Shown here one piece after another: positions 8,729-16,214 of a stretch of 64,000 bases of DNA (its first letter is position 1; every line of letters starts with the position of its first letter). Below the pieces are notes generated by a model, which searched no databases, was not told the DNA's origin, and saw nothing but the letters and a program-made list of their open reading frames with translations. Position numbers and translations under genes: made by a program. This DNA is from an uncultured Thermoplasmata archaeon (GTDB lineage Archaea > Thermoplasmatota > Thermoplasmata > RBG-16-68-12), in NCBI GenBank assembly GCA_963768855.1, contig CAVYJM010000006.1, positions 640,001 through 704,000 of the forward strand, given 5' to 3'.

Positions 8729-9937
8729 GTGGCGCGGCGGAGGTGGGGGTCCACGAACTGCCCCGCGTGCGCCACGTGGAACAAGGACGAGGCGCTCTTC
8801 TGCAAGTACTGCGGCTTCGACCTGTCGAAGGTCCCGAAGCCCGTCGTCCCGCCGCCGCCCGCGGCGCCTCCCGCCCCGGCGTACGCGCCGCCCGCGGCCG
8901 TTGTCCCGCGGCCCGTGCGCGTCCGCACGTGGTGGCACGGGATCGGCGTGTTCGTCATCCTGGCGGTCGCCCTCCTCGTGATCGATGTGGCGGCGAACGC
9001 GCGGTTCACGTGGTCCTTCGTCGGCGTCCTCTCGGCCGCCTTCATCGTCGGGGGCGTGATGATCCTCCAGTTCCTCGCCACGACGGATCGCCGGGACCGG
9101 CGGCCGTTCGTCGCGGGCGCCGCCCTCCTCATCGGCGCGGTCCTCCTCCTGCCCGTGGCCGTGGCCCTGCAGAGCACCCCGACCTTCACGGACACGTACA
9201 CGGTCGCCAACCGCTCCGGCATCGGCACGGTCGCCCTGGACGTCCGGGACTACGTCGGGCACGTGACCGTCGCCTTCGCCTCGTCTCCGGGCTACTTGCT
9301 GCGCGCGGAGGTCACCCACCTGGGCGGCCTGTTCTCGAGCCACTACCCCGGCGACGCCGTCGCCTCGAACGCGACGTCCGGGAACACCCTCAACTTCACC
9401 CTCGTCGCGAAGGGGGTGCAGGGACTCTTCTTCCTGGGCGGGCACGACATCGTCGTGACCGTCTCGACCGCCGTGGCGGTGACCATGCAGCTCCAGTCGA
9501 CGACGGGGGACGTCGACGTCACGGTGCCCGCGGGCGTGGTCCTGGCGAGCCCCGGGATCTCCGCCACGGTGACGACGGGCAGCGTGCGTATCACCGCGAC
9601 GGACGCGGTCTACCGGGCCGGCGCGGGGCTGCGGGGCGCGTCGACGACGGGCAACGTGGCGATCACGGTCACGCAGACCGTCCCCCAGGGGGCGGTCGCC
9701 ACGGTCTCCGGGTCGTCCACGACCGGATCCGTCGCCTTCACGTTCAACCACGGGAGCGGGGTCGCGGCCCGCGTGGCCTCGTCCGTGACCACGGGCTCCG
9801 TGAACCCGGACCTGTCCAAGTATTCGGGGGCGACCAACGCCCTCCTCTTCGCCCCGGACGTGGCGATCTACGACGCCGCCGCGATGCAATTCCAGGTGAC
9901 GCTCGAGTCGACGACCGGGAGCATCGATCTGAGGTGA
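8729..9937 (+). CDS. Zn-ribbon / Pro-rich / multi-TM protein with C-terminal DUF4097-like beta-repeat domain
   Basis: CPAC..CKYC N-terminus, Pro/Ala linker, three hydrophobic helices, then repeated (S/T)TTG(D/S/N)V motifs typical of the DUF4097 'toast-rack' beta-helix. Confidence 0.75.
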   Translation: MARRRWGSTNCPACATWNKDEALFCKYCGFDLSKVPKPVVPPPPAAPPAPAYAPPAAVVPRPVRVRTWWHGIGVFVILAVALLVIDVAANARFTWSFVGVLSAAFIVGGVMILQFLATTDRRDRRPFVAGAALLIGAVLLLPVAVALQSTPTFTDTYTVANRSGIGTVALDVRDYVGHVTVAFASSPGYLLRAEVTHLGGLFSSHYPGDAVASNATSGNTLNFTLVAKGVQGLFFLGGHDIVVTVSTAVAVTMQLQSTTGDVDVTVPAGVVLASPGISATVTTGSVRITATDAVYRAGAGLRGASTTGNVAITVTQTVPQGAVATVSGSSTTGSVAFTFNHGSGVAARVASSVTTGSVNPDLSKYSGATNALLFAPDVAIYDAAAMQFQVTLESTTGSIDLR

Positions 9938-9943
9938 ACGTGG

Positions 9944-10306
9944 ATGTTCTGCAGCCGCTGCGGGGGCCGGAATGACGAGGACGCGAAGTTCTGCGAGAAG
10001 TGCGGGGCCGACCTGGGCGCGATGCCGAGGCCCAGCGTCGTGGGCGCCGCACCCGCGGCCGCGCCGAGCCCGCCGCCCGGGATGGCGCCCCCCGTGGCGC
10101 CTCCGTACGCCTACCCGCCCGCGCACCGTCACACCTGGTGGTACCCGATCGGCGTGTGGGTCATCCTCTCCGGGTTCTTCGCCTTCATCGACGTGACCGC
10201 GACGCGCACGATCACCTGGAGCGTCTGGCCCATCGGGATCCTCGGGATCTTCATGGTCGGCATCCCGCTCCTGAACCTCCTCGAGGAGAAGTCGACCCGT
10301 CGGTGA
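9944..10306 (+). CDS. Zn-ribbon / Pro-rich / 2-TM protein
   Basis: MFCSRCG..FCEKCG zinc ribbon, Pro-rich linker, HTWWYPIGVW followed by two TM helices; paralogous to the upstream gene's N-terminal half. Confidence 0.85.
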   Translation: MFCSRCGGRNDEDAKFCEKCGADLGAMPRPSVVGAAPAAAPSPPPGMAPPVAPPYAYPPAHRHTWWYPIGVWVILSGFFAFIDVTATRTITWSVWPIGILGIFMVGIPLLNLLEEKSTRR

Positions 10307-10396
10307 TCCCCGGGACCTGATCCCGAGCACCGGATACCACGCGCTCCGGGACGCAAAGAGGGAAATGGGGCCGCAGGTTCTCCCGCGGGGAGCGAG

Positions 10397-11084
10397 GTGG
10401 GCCGGATCGACCCGATGGAGTACGCGTCGCGCCTCCGCGAAGGCGAAGCGCACGAGCGGCGCCTCGAGTGGGAGACCGCGGCGGGCCTCTACGACCGCCT
10501 CCTTGGCGACCTCGGCTCCGTCGCGGCGGACGACCGCACGGGACGTCGGCTGCGGGCCCTGGTCCGCCTGCGCCGCGCGAACGCCCTGATGGAGTTGGAG
10601 CGATGGGACGAGGCCCGCGGCGCGCTGGACGGAGCGCTCGATGACGCGAAGGCGTCCGCGGATGGCGAGGTCCTCGCCCAGGCCCTCCTCGCCGCGGGAG
10701 TCTACGCCACGAACCGCGGGGACACCGCGCGGGCGGAGGCGTTCCTCATGGACGCGCTTGGACCGCTACCACCGCACGGACGACCGCGCGGCCCTCCAGG
10801 GCCGCGGCTGGGCCTTCCTGAACCTCGCCGCCCTGTACGGCAAGACGGCCCGGCTCGACCTCGCGTTCGTGACGTTCACGAAGGCGCAGGACGTGCTCGG
10901 GGCCGCGGAGGACTGGGCTGGGGTCGCGGCGGCCTGGGAGGCCCAGGCCCAGCTGCGCCGCGCGATCCAGGACGAGGACCGCTGGCGGGACGACCTCGCG
11001 GAGGCCGTCGTGTTCTACGACCGTGCGGCGATGAAGGAGAAGGCGGACCGCCTGCGCGGCCTGCTCGGCCGCCGGCTCGTCTGA
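10397..11084 (+). CDS. TPR-like helical-repeat protein, one apparent frameshift at about 10758
   Basis: The frame from 10397 reads ...AEAFLMDAL, then the +1 frame continues DRYHRTDDRAALQGRGWAFLNLAALY...GRRLV*. Removing one T from CTTGGAC restores a single ORF. Confidence 0.75.
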
Positions 11085-11125
11085 TCGGAAAGCCCGCGGG
11101 GGACCGTGGCCCGTCGGAGCGAAGC

Positions 11126-11143
11126 CAACCTTGTTTAAGGTTG
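11126..11143. promoter_or_regulatory. Perfect 7-4-7 palindrome overlapping a TATA-like box
   Basis: CAACCTT-GTTT-AAGGTTG, containing TTTAAG, upstream of the Cys-rich gene. Confidence 0.6.
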
Positions 11144-11230
11144 ACTTGCGCCGCATTCCCGGGATCGCGCCGGTGGTACGTATTGCAGGCACGGAGCCTT
11201 GAAGCCGCCGAGGTCGGCTCGTCCACCGGA

Positions 11231-11647
11231 ATGGAAGACTCGGTCTACTACGCGAACATCCTCCGGTCACGGGAGTGCTCTGTGTGCGGCGCGGATCGCA
11301 GGGCTGCCGTGGTCCTCGTGGTCCAGGCGTGCGCGGTCTGCCGCACGGCCCTCGACGACGGCCACGCGCTCCTCGCGATCGCGAAAGGCGCGGCAAAGGC
11401 CGTGTGCTCCTACCCCTGCCTCGAGGTCGTCCTGAACGAGGGTCTGGCGGGCGGGACCGTGTGTCCGGCGTGCGCGAGCGAGTGGTCCGCGGCGGCGCCC
11501 CATCCCCGTTCCTGCCGCACCTGCGCGAAGGAGCTGTCCTTCGACGTGGGCTACGTCGGGCTATGGCAGGGCGGCCGGGTGCTCACCCTCTGCGGGATGC
11601 CGTGCCTCGAGATGCACGACGCCCGTGTGAACCCGTTCTGCGGCTGA
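11231..11647 (+). CDS. Cys-rich multi-zinc-finger protein with two TRASH-like motifs
   Basis: 138 aa from MEDSVYY with 13 Cys: CSVC, CAVC-x21-CSYPC, CPAC, CRTC-x22-CGMPC, terminal FCG. Possible TTG start at 11183. Confidence 0.7.
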   Translation: MEDSVYYANILRSRECSVCGADRRAAVVLVVQACAVCRTALDDGHALLAIAKGAAKAVCSYPCLEVVLNEGLAGGTVCPACASEWSAAAPHPRSCRTCAKELSFDVGYVGLWQGGRVLTLCGMPCLEMHDARVNPFCG

Positions 11648-11707
11648 CGTCCGGGAACGCCACCCCACCCTTCAAGTGGTGCGGCGTCTTGGGAGGCGCC
11701 GAGCCCC

Positions 11708-12532
11708 ATGTCTCAGACGTATGTGACCCGCTACCATGGCGAAGAGCCGGTCCTCAACATCCAGAACCTCTGGAAGGCCTACGACGGCTCGCCGGCGCTG
11801 CAGGGGCTCTACCTCGCCTCGTACCCGGGCGAGATCTTCGGGCTCATCGGCCCGAACGGCGCGGGGAAGACGACGACGATCAAGATCCTCGTCGGCCTCT
11901 TGCGGCCCGACGCGGGCGAGGTGCACCTCCTGAACGAGGACATCCTCCGCGACCCAATCTCCTACAAGTCCAAGATCGGCTACATGCCCGAGGCGCCCAC
12001 CCTGCCCGAGTACCTCACGCCGACCGAGTTCCTCGGCTATGTCGCGCGCGTGCGGGACCTGCCGCGGGACCAGATCGCCCCGCGCACGGAGGAGCTCCTG
12101 CGGATGTACGACCTCTCCTCGAAGGCGGACGAGACGGTCGCCTCCCTGTCCAAGGGGATGAAGGCGAAGCTCGCGTTCGCCGCGGCGACGATCCACCGCC
12201 CCGTGTTCCTGATCCTCGACGAGCCCCTCATCGGGATCGACCCCGCGGGCCAGCACCTCGTGAAGGAGCACCTCGTCGACATCGCGAAGTCCGGTGGCAC
12301 GGTCCTCGTGTCGACGCACCAGCTCGACACGGCGGAGCGCCTGTGCAGCCGCGTCGCGATCGTCCACCGCGGCCGGAACGTGGCGACGGGCGACCTCGCG
12401 GCCCTCCGGTCCCAGGCCCACGCGGGCGAGCAGGGTTCGCTCGAGGAGATCTTCCTCAAGCTCACGGAGGAGGCCGGGCTGCCCGAGCCGGAGCGCCCGC
12501 GCCGCCGCGGCCTGCTCTCGCGACGGAGGTAG
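11708..12532 (+). CDS. ABC-2-type exporter ATP-binding subunit
   Basis: Walker A GPNGAGKTT, signature LSKGMK, Walker B LILDEP, H-loop STH. Confidence 0.95.
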   Translation: MSQTYVTRYHGEEPVLNIQNLWKAYDGSPALQGLYLASYPGEIFGLIGPNGAGKTTTIKILVGLLRPDAGEVHLLNEDILRDPISYKSKIGYMPEAPTLPEYLTPTEFLGYVARVRDLPRDQIAPRTEELLRMYDLSSKADETVASLSKGMKAKLAFAAATIHRPVFLILDEPLIGIDPAGQHLVKEHLVDIAKSGGTVLVSTHQLDTAERLCSRVAIVHRGRNVATGDLAALRSQAHAGEQGSLEEIFLKLTEEAGLPEPERPRRRGLLSRRR

Positions 12533-12533
12533 G

Positions 12534-14087
12534 ATGTCCCGCGTCCTGACGCTCCTCTCCTACAAGATCCGATTCTTCTTCGGCCCCGCCCTCCGTGGAC
12601 GGCTCGGCCCGCTCGTCTACCTCGGACTGATCCTGCTCTTCGTCCCCTCGGGCTTCGGGATCGGGGTCGCGATCGCCTCGGGCATCAAGGACGCCAGCCC
12701 GGCCCAGGGCGTGGCCACGCTCAGCGGACCGCTCGGCCTGATCCTCGCGGTCGGGTTCCTCTACTCGGTCTTCTCCGGGGTCACCGCCCACGTCTCCGAG
12801 TTCGACTTCTTCATGACCTCGGACATCCGCCCCCGGGAATACCTGCTCGCGGACCTCCTCTTCCAGTTCTTCACCCTGTTCGGCGCGGGCGGGCTCGCCG
12901 CGATCGTCGCGGCGTTCGGGATGGTGTCGTTCGTCGGGCGTCCGATCGGTGCCGTCCTCCCCCTCGTCCTCTGCCTCTTCTCATTCGCCCTCGTCGTCCT
13001 CATGATCATCCAGATCGTCACGATCCTGGGCGTCCGGTATCCGAAGCGACCCGTCCGGTCGGCGGCGCTCGTCCTCTTCCTGCTCTCCCTGCTCCCCGCC
13101 GCGTCGCTCGCCTTCCCCGCGCTGCCCCTCCATCTCCAGGGGATCCCGCTCCCCACGACCGCCTTCGGCACCCTGGGCTACGATGCGCTCATGGGCCTTC
13201 CCCTCGACCCGACGAGCCTGCTCGTCGCCCTGGCGACCGTCCTCCTGGTCGCAGGCCTGTGGGTCGCCGTCTCCGACACGTACATCTTCCACGGGATCCA
13301 CCCGAGCCTCTCCGCGGGGTTCGGCCAGGTCGACATGGCGGCGCGGATGGCGCAGCAGCGGCGCATGACGGCGGGCTTCGGGAAGTTCACGACCGGCCTC
13401 ACCGTGCGGACGGACCGCGGGAACGACACGAGCTACATGTCGCGCTACCACCTCCTCCGGATCGTCCGCGACGGCAGCATCGTCTTCATCGCGCTCTTCG
13501 GGCTCATCTCCCTCATGCCCGTGTCCTTCACGGGCACGTCGACCGCCGCGGCCGGGGAGGCGCCCGTGGCCTACTTGGCGACCCAGATGCTGACCTTCCT
13601 CGTCGCCGTCCTCGCGCTGAACTGGTCCTACTACGAGCGGGAGAACCTCTGGATCGTGGTCGTCGCGGCCCGCTCCCCGGCGGCTTACTTCCGCGGTCTG
13701 CTCGTGAGCTTCATGGTGCTGGGCCTGCTCGTCGCCGCGGTCTTCAGCGTCTTCGTCGTGGCGACGAGCCCGTCCCTCGTCCCGCTCTCCCAGCTCGCGG
13801 TCCCGATCGCCGCGGCGGTCGCGGCCGCGCTCGTCTCGACCGCGCTCCTGACGAGGCTGAAGGTCCAGCCCTCGGCCTTCTCCGCTTCGATGCTCGCCAT
13901 CCTGGTCGCCGCGGTCCTCGCCGGTTACATGGGAGGGCTCCTCGCCCAGGGTCTCCTGATCGTCAGCGAGATCTCGCTCGGCCTGAACACGCTCGCCCAG
14001 GCGTTCGTCCTCCTCGCGTACTGCAGCGCCCTCGCCGCCTTCGGGATGTGGTGGGTCAGCCGGCTTGCCGCGGGCTTCCGTCTCTAG
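12534..14087 (+). CDS. ABC exporter permease (about 12 TM)
   Basis: Starts MSRVLTLL one base after the ATPase stop; strongly hydrophobic throughout. Confidence 0.85.
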   Translation: MSRVLTLLSYKIRFFFGPALRGRLGPLVYLGLILLFVPSGFGIGVAIASGIKDASPAQGVATLSGPLGLILAVGFLYSVFSGVTAHVSEFDFFMTSDIRPREYLLADLLFQFFTLFGAGGLAAIVAAFGMVSFVGRPIGAVLPLVLCLFSFALVVLMIIQIVTILGVRYPKRPVRSAALVLFLLSLLPAASLAFPALPLHLQGIPLPTTAFGTLGYDALMGLPLDPTSLLVALATVLLVAGLWVAVSDTYIFHGIHPSLSAGFGQVDMAARMAQQRRMTAGFGKFTTGLTVRTDRGNDTSYMSRYHLLRIVRDGSIVFIALFGLISLMPVSFTGTSTAAAGEAPVAYLATQMLTFLVAVLALNWSYYERENLWIVVVAARSPAAYFRGLLVSFMVLGLLVAAVFSVFVVATSPSLVPLSQLAVPIAAAVAAALVSTALLTRLKVQPSAFSASMLAILVAAVLAGYMGGLLAQGLLIVSEISLGLNTLAQAFVLLAYCSALAAFGMWWVSRLAAGFRL

Positions 14088-14429
14088 TCAGAGCGCGCCC
14101 TTCCGGAAGTCGTCGACCACGTCGCCGTACGCCTGGACGAAGTAGCGTGCCGCGTCCCGGAGGCCCTGGCGGCCCTCCCGGGTCAGGCGGTAGACCTTCT
14201 TCCCCGATCGGCCCTGGGGCTTGATGAGCCCCTCTTCCTGGAGGGCCTTCAGCGCGGGGTAGATCGTCCCGGGCGTGGGGCGGTCGAAGCGGCGCTTCGT
14301 GAGCTCGGTCGCGATCTCCGACCCGTACATGGGCCGCTTGCCGAGCAGGTAGAGGATCGAGAAGCTGAGGAAGCCGCGCATGTCGCAGCAGGCGGGCGGG
14401 GGACAGCACTCCGCCATGGGGAGTTCCAT
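14088..14429 (-). CDS. PadR-family transcriptional regulator with N-terminal CC-x4-CC
   Basis: MRGFLSFSILYLL...MYGSEI...PGTIYPALKALQEEGLI...KVYRLTREG is the PadR wHTH pattern; N-terminus ECCPPPACCD. Confidence 0.9.
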   Translation of the reverse strand: MELPMAECCPPPACCDMRGFLSFSILYLLGKRPMYGSEIATELTKRRFDRPTPGTIYPALKALQEEGLIKPQGRSGKKVYRLTREGRQGLRDAARYFVQAYGDVVDDFRKGAL

Positions 14430-14461
14430 GGAGGTCGGAAGCTCCCGGCGACGGATAAATG

Positions 14462-14536
14462 TATTGGGCGTACGATTATTGGATGTACGATATCCTTATG
14501 TACCGCATCGGGAATCGGGTATTGGGCGTCCAATAC
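14462..14536. promoter_or_regulatory. Operator array between padR and the arsM unit
   Basis: Tandem 15-mers TATTGGGCGTACGAT (14462-14476) and TATTGGATGTACGAT (14477-14491), plus palindrome GTATTGG-GCGT-CCAATAC (14519-14536), flanked by TATA-like boxes for both directions. Confidence 0.75.
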
Positions 14537-14551
14537 GCCTTGGAGACCGAG

Positions 14552-14677
14552 ATGTTCGGGAACTACGACGAACTGGCGAAGGTGCTGATGAAGGAGCGGG
14601 CGCGGACCGCATGCTGCCGCGGCCCGTTGCGAGAGTGGTGCAACCTCGAGTGCAGGACGGTCGTGCGGCATGGATGA
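14552..14677 (+). CDS. Putative 41-aa Cys-rich peptide
   Basis: GGAG 7 nt upstream; MFGNYDELAKVLMKERARTACCRGPLREWCNLECRTVVRHG*; its stop overlaps the arsM start region. Confidence 0.55.
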   Translation: MFGNYDELAKVLMKERARTACCRGPLREWCNLECRTVVRHG

Positions 14678-15389
14678 ACTGACGATCCGCAGGACGGTCC
14701 GCGAGGTGTACGCGGGCCGGATGAAGGACTGCTGCGGGCCCGAGTCCGCATCGGACTGCGGATGCTCCTCCAACGTTCCCGCCTCGGATGCATCGAGTCC
14801 GCTCCTTTCCATCGGCAAGATGGGAGTCGGGAGCCCCGTGTCCACCCTCGACCCCCGTCCCGGCGAGATCGTCGTCGACCTGGGCAGCGGGCCTGGGCAC
14901 GATGTGCTCGAGGCCGCGGAACGCGTCGGGCCGAACGGACGCGCAATCGGCGTGGACGCGACCGCCGAGATGGTCTACCGCGCCCGGGAGGCCGCCCAGG
15001 CGCTCGGCCGGTCCAACGCGGAGTTCCGGCTCGGCGAGATCGAACACCTGCCCATCGAGTCGGGGACCGTCGACGCGGTCACCTCGGATTGCGTGATCAA
15101 CCTCTCCCCGGACAAGGCGGCCGTCTTCCGCGAAGCCTTCCGGATCCTGAAGCCCGGCGGACGGATCGTCGTCTCCGACGTCGTGGCGGACCGGGAGCTG
15201 CCCGCCGAGGTGCGGCGGGACGCCCAGCTCTGGGCCGCCTGCATCGCCGGGGCCGAGACGGAGGCGACGTACCTTGCGCTCCTCCGGGTCGCCGGTTTCG
15301 AGGACCTCCATTCCGAGAAGAAGGGCGTGTACGCGGCCGGTCTCTCGAAGGCGGTCGTCACCGCGAGGAAACCCCGGACCGCCGCCTGA
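14670..15389 (+). CDS. arsM: Arsenite methyltransferase-like class I SAM methyltransferase
   Basis: N-terminal CC/CxC, VVDLGSGPG, EFRLGEIEHLP, SDCVINLSPDK and WAACIAGA motifs. The usual GCGNP reads GVGSP. Confidence 0.75.
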   Translation: MDELTIRRTVREVYAGRMKDCCGPESASDCGCSSNVPASDASSPLLSIGKMGVGSPVSTLDPRPGEIVVDLGSGPGHDVLEAAERVGPNGRAIGVDATAEMVYRAREAAQALGRSNAEFRLGEIEHLPIESGTVDAVTSDCVINLSPDKAAVFREAFRILKPGGRIVVSDVVADRELPAEVRRDAQLWAACIAGAETEATYLALLRVAGFEDLHSEKKGVYAAGLSKAVVTARKPRTAA

Positions 15390-15464
15390 ACGTCGGGAAA
15401 CCCGACAACAGGCTCATATAGCCCCGCCCCGTCGGGACGCCTCTGCTAGCTGAGAGGATGTCCC

Positions 15465-16214
15465 ATGGCCGTCGAGTCGTCGCCGAACAACGGATCCAAC
15501 GGAACCGCGCCCCCGAAGGACGACCGGATCGTCGTCGCGCGCAAGCTCGTGAAGACGTACGATACGGGCGAGATCGAGGTCCGCGCCCTGCGGGGCGTGA
15601 ACATCGACGTGCGGAAGGGCGAGATGGTCGCGGTCATGGGCCCGTCGGGTTGCGGCAAGACGACCCTCCTGAACTGCCTCTCCGGCATCGACGAGTTCAG
15701 CGGCGGGGAGGTCTGGATCGCAGGCCAGCGTCTCTCCCAGATGAACGACAACCAGAAGACGGATTTCCGGGCGATGAAGATGGGCTTCATCTTCCAGAAC
15801 TACAACCTGCTCCCGGTCCTGAGGTCCGTCGAGAACGTGGAGCTCCCGCTCCTCGTCCGCGGCGACGAGCCGAAGGAGTCCCGCCAGCGCGCGCTCGCGG
15901 CGCTCGAGGCCGTCGGCCTCCATGAGGAGGCGAACAAAAAGCCCGCCGAGCTGAGCGGCGGACAGCAGCAGCGCGTCTCGATCGCCCGCGCCCTCGTTAA
16001 CGAGCCGGACATCGTCTTCGGCGACGAGCCCACGGGCAACCTGGACTCGGAGACCACGCACGAGGTGCTCGACGTGATGAAGGCGTTGCATCGGGAGAAG
16101 CGGCTCACCTTCATCATCGTGACCCACGACTCGACCGTCGGGAACTCGACGGAGCGGGTCATCCTGATGCGGAACGGCCAGATCCTGAAGTCCTTCCGGC
16201 CCGCAGGCCTGTGA
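15465..16214 (+). CDS. MacB/LolD-type ABC ATP-binding protein
   Basis: GPSGCGKTT, GFIFQNYNL, LSGGQQQRV, DEPTGNLD and VTHD motifs. Confidence 0.95.
   Translation: MAVESSPNNGSNGTAPPKDDRIVVARKLVKTYDTGEIEVRALRGVNIDVRKGEMVAVMGPSGCGKTTLLNCLSGIDEFSGGEVWIAGQRLSQMNDNQKTDFRAMKMGFIFQNYNLLPVLRSVENVELPLLVRGDEPKESRQRALAALEAVGLHEEANKKPAELSGGQQQRVSIARALVNEPDIVFGDEPTGNLDSETTHEVLDVMKALHREKRLTFIIVTHDSTVGNSTERVILMRNGQILKSFRPAGL

Noticed and set aside
10397-11647. Single 416-aa TPR + Zn-finger fusion as listed in the ORF track
   Set aside because: The middle (after MDAL) is off-frame junk crossing an intergenic region with its own TATA/palindrome. Better explained as a frameshifted TPR gene plus a separate Cys-rich gene.
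14462-14536. Possible mini-CRISPR or iteron array
   Set aside because: Only three 15-18 bp units with no unique spacers of CRISPR length and no cas or rep gene; position fits operators.
14459-14551. 72-aa version of the Cys peptide starting at 14459
   Set aside because: This extension runs through the operator repeats and promoter; the SD-preceded ATG at 14552 is more plausible.
14670-15389. Selenocysteine-containing ArsM
   Set aside because: No in-frame TGA; the position of the usual Cys/Sec is a GTC (Val) codon.
15392-15406. GTCGGG-AAA-CCCGAC hairpin after arsM
   Set aside because: Real but short; no T-tract and such hairpins arise readily at this GC, so not listed as a terminator.
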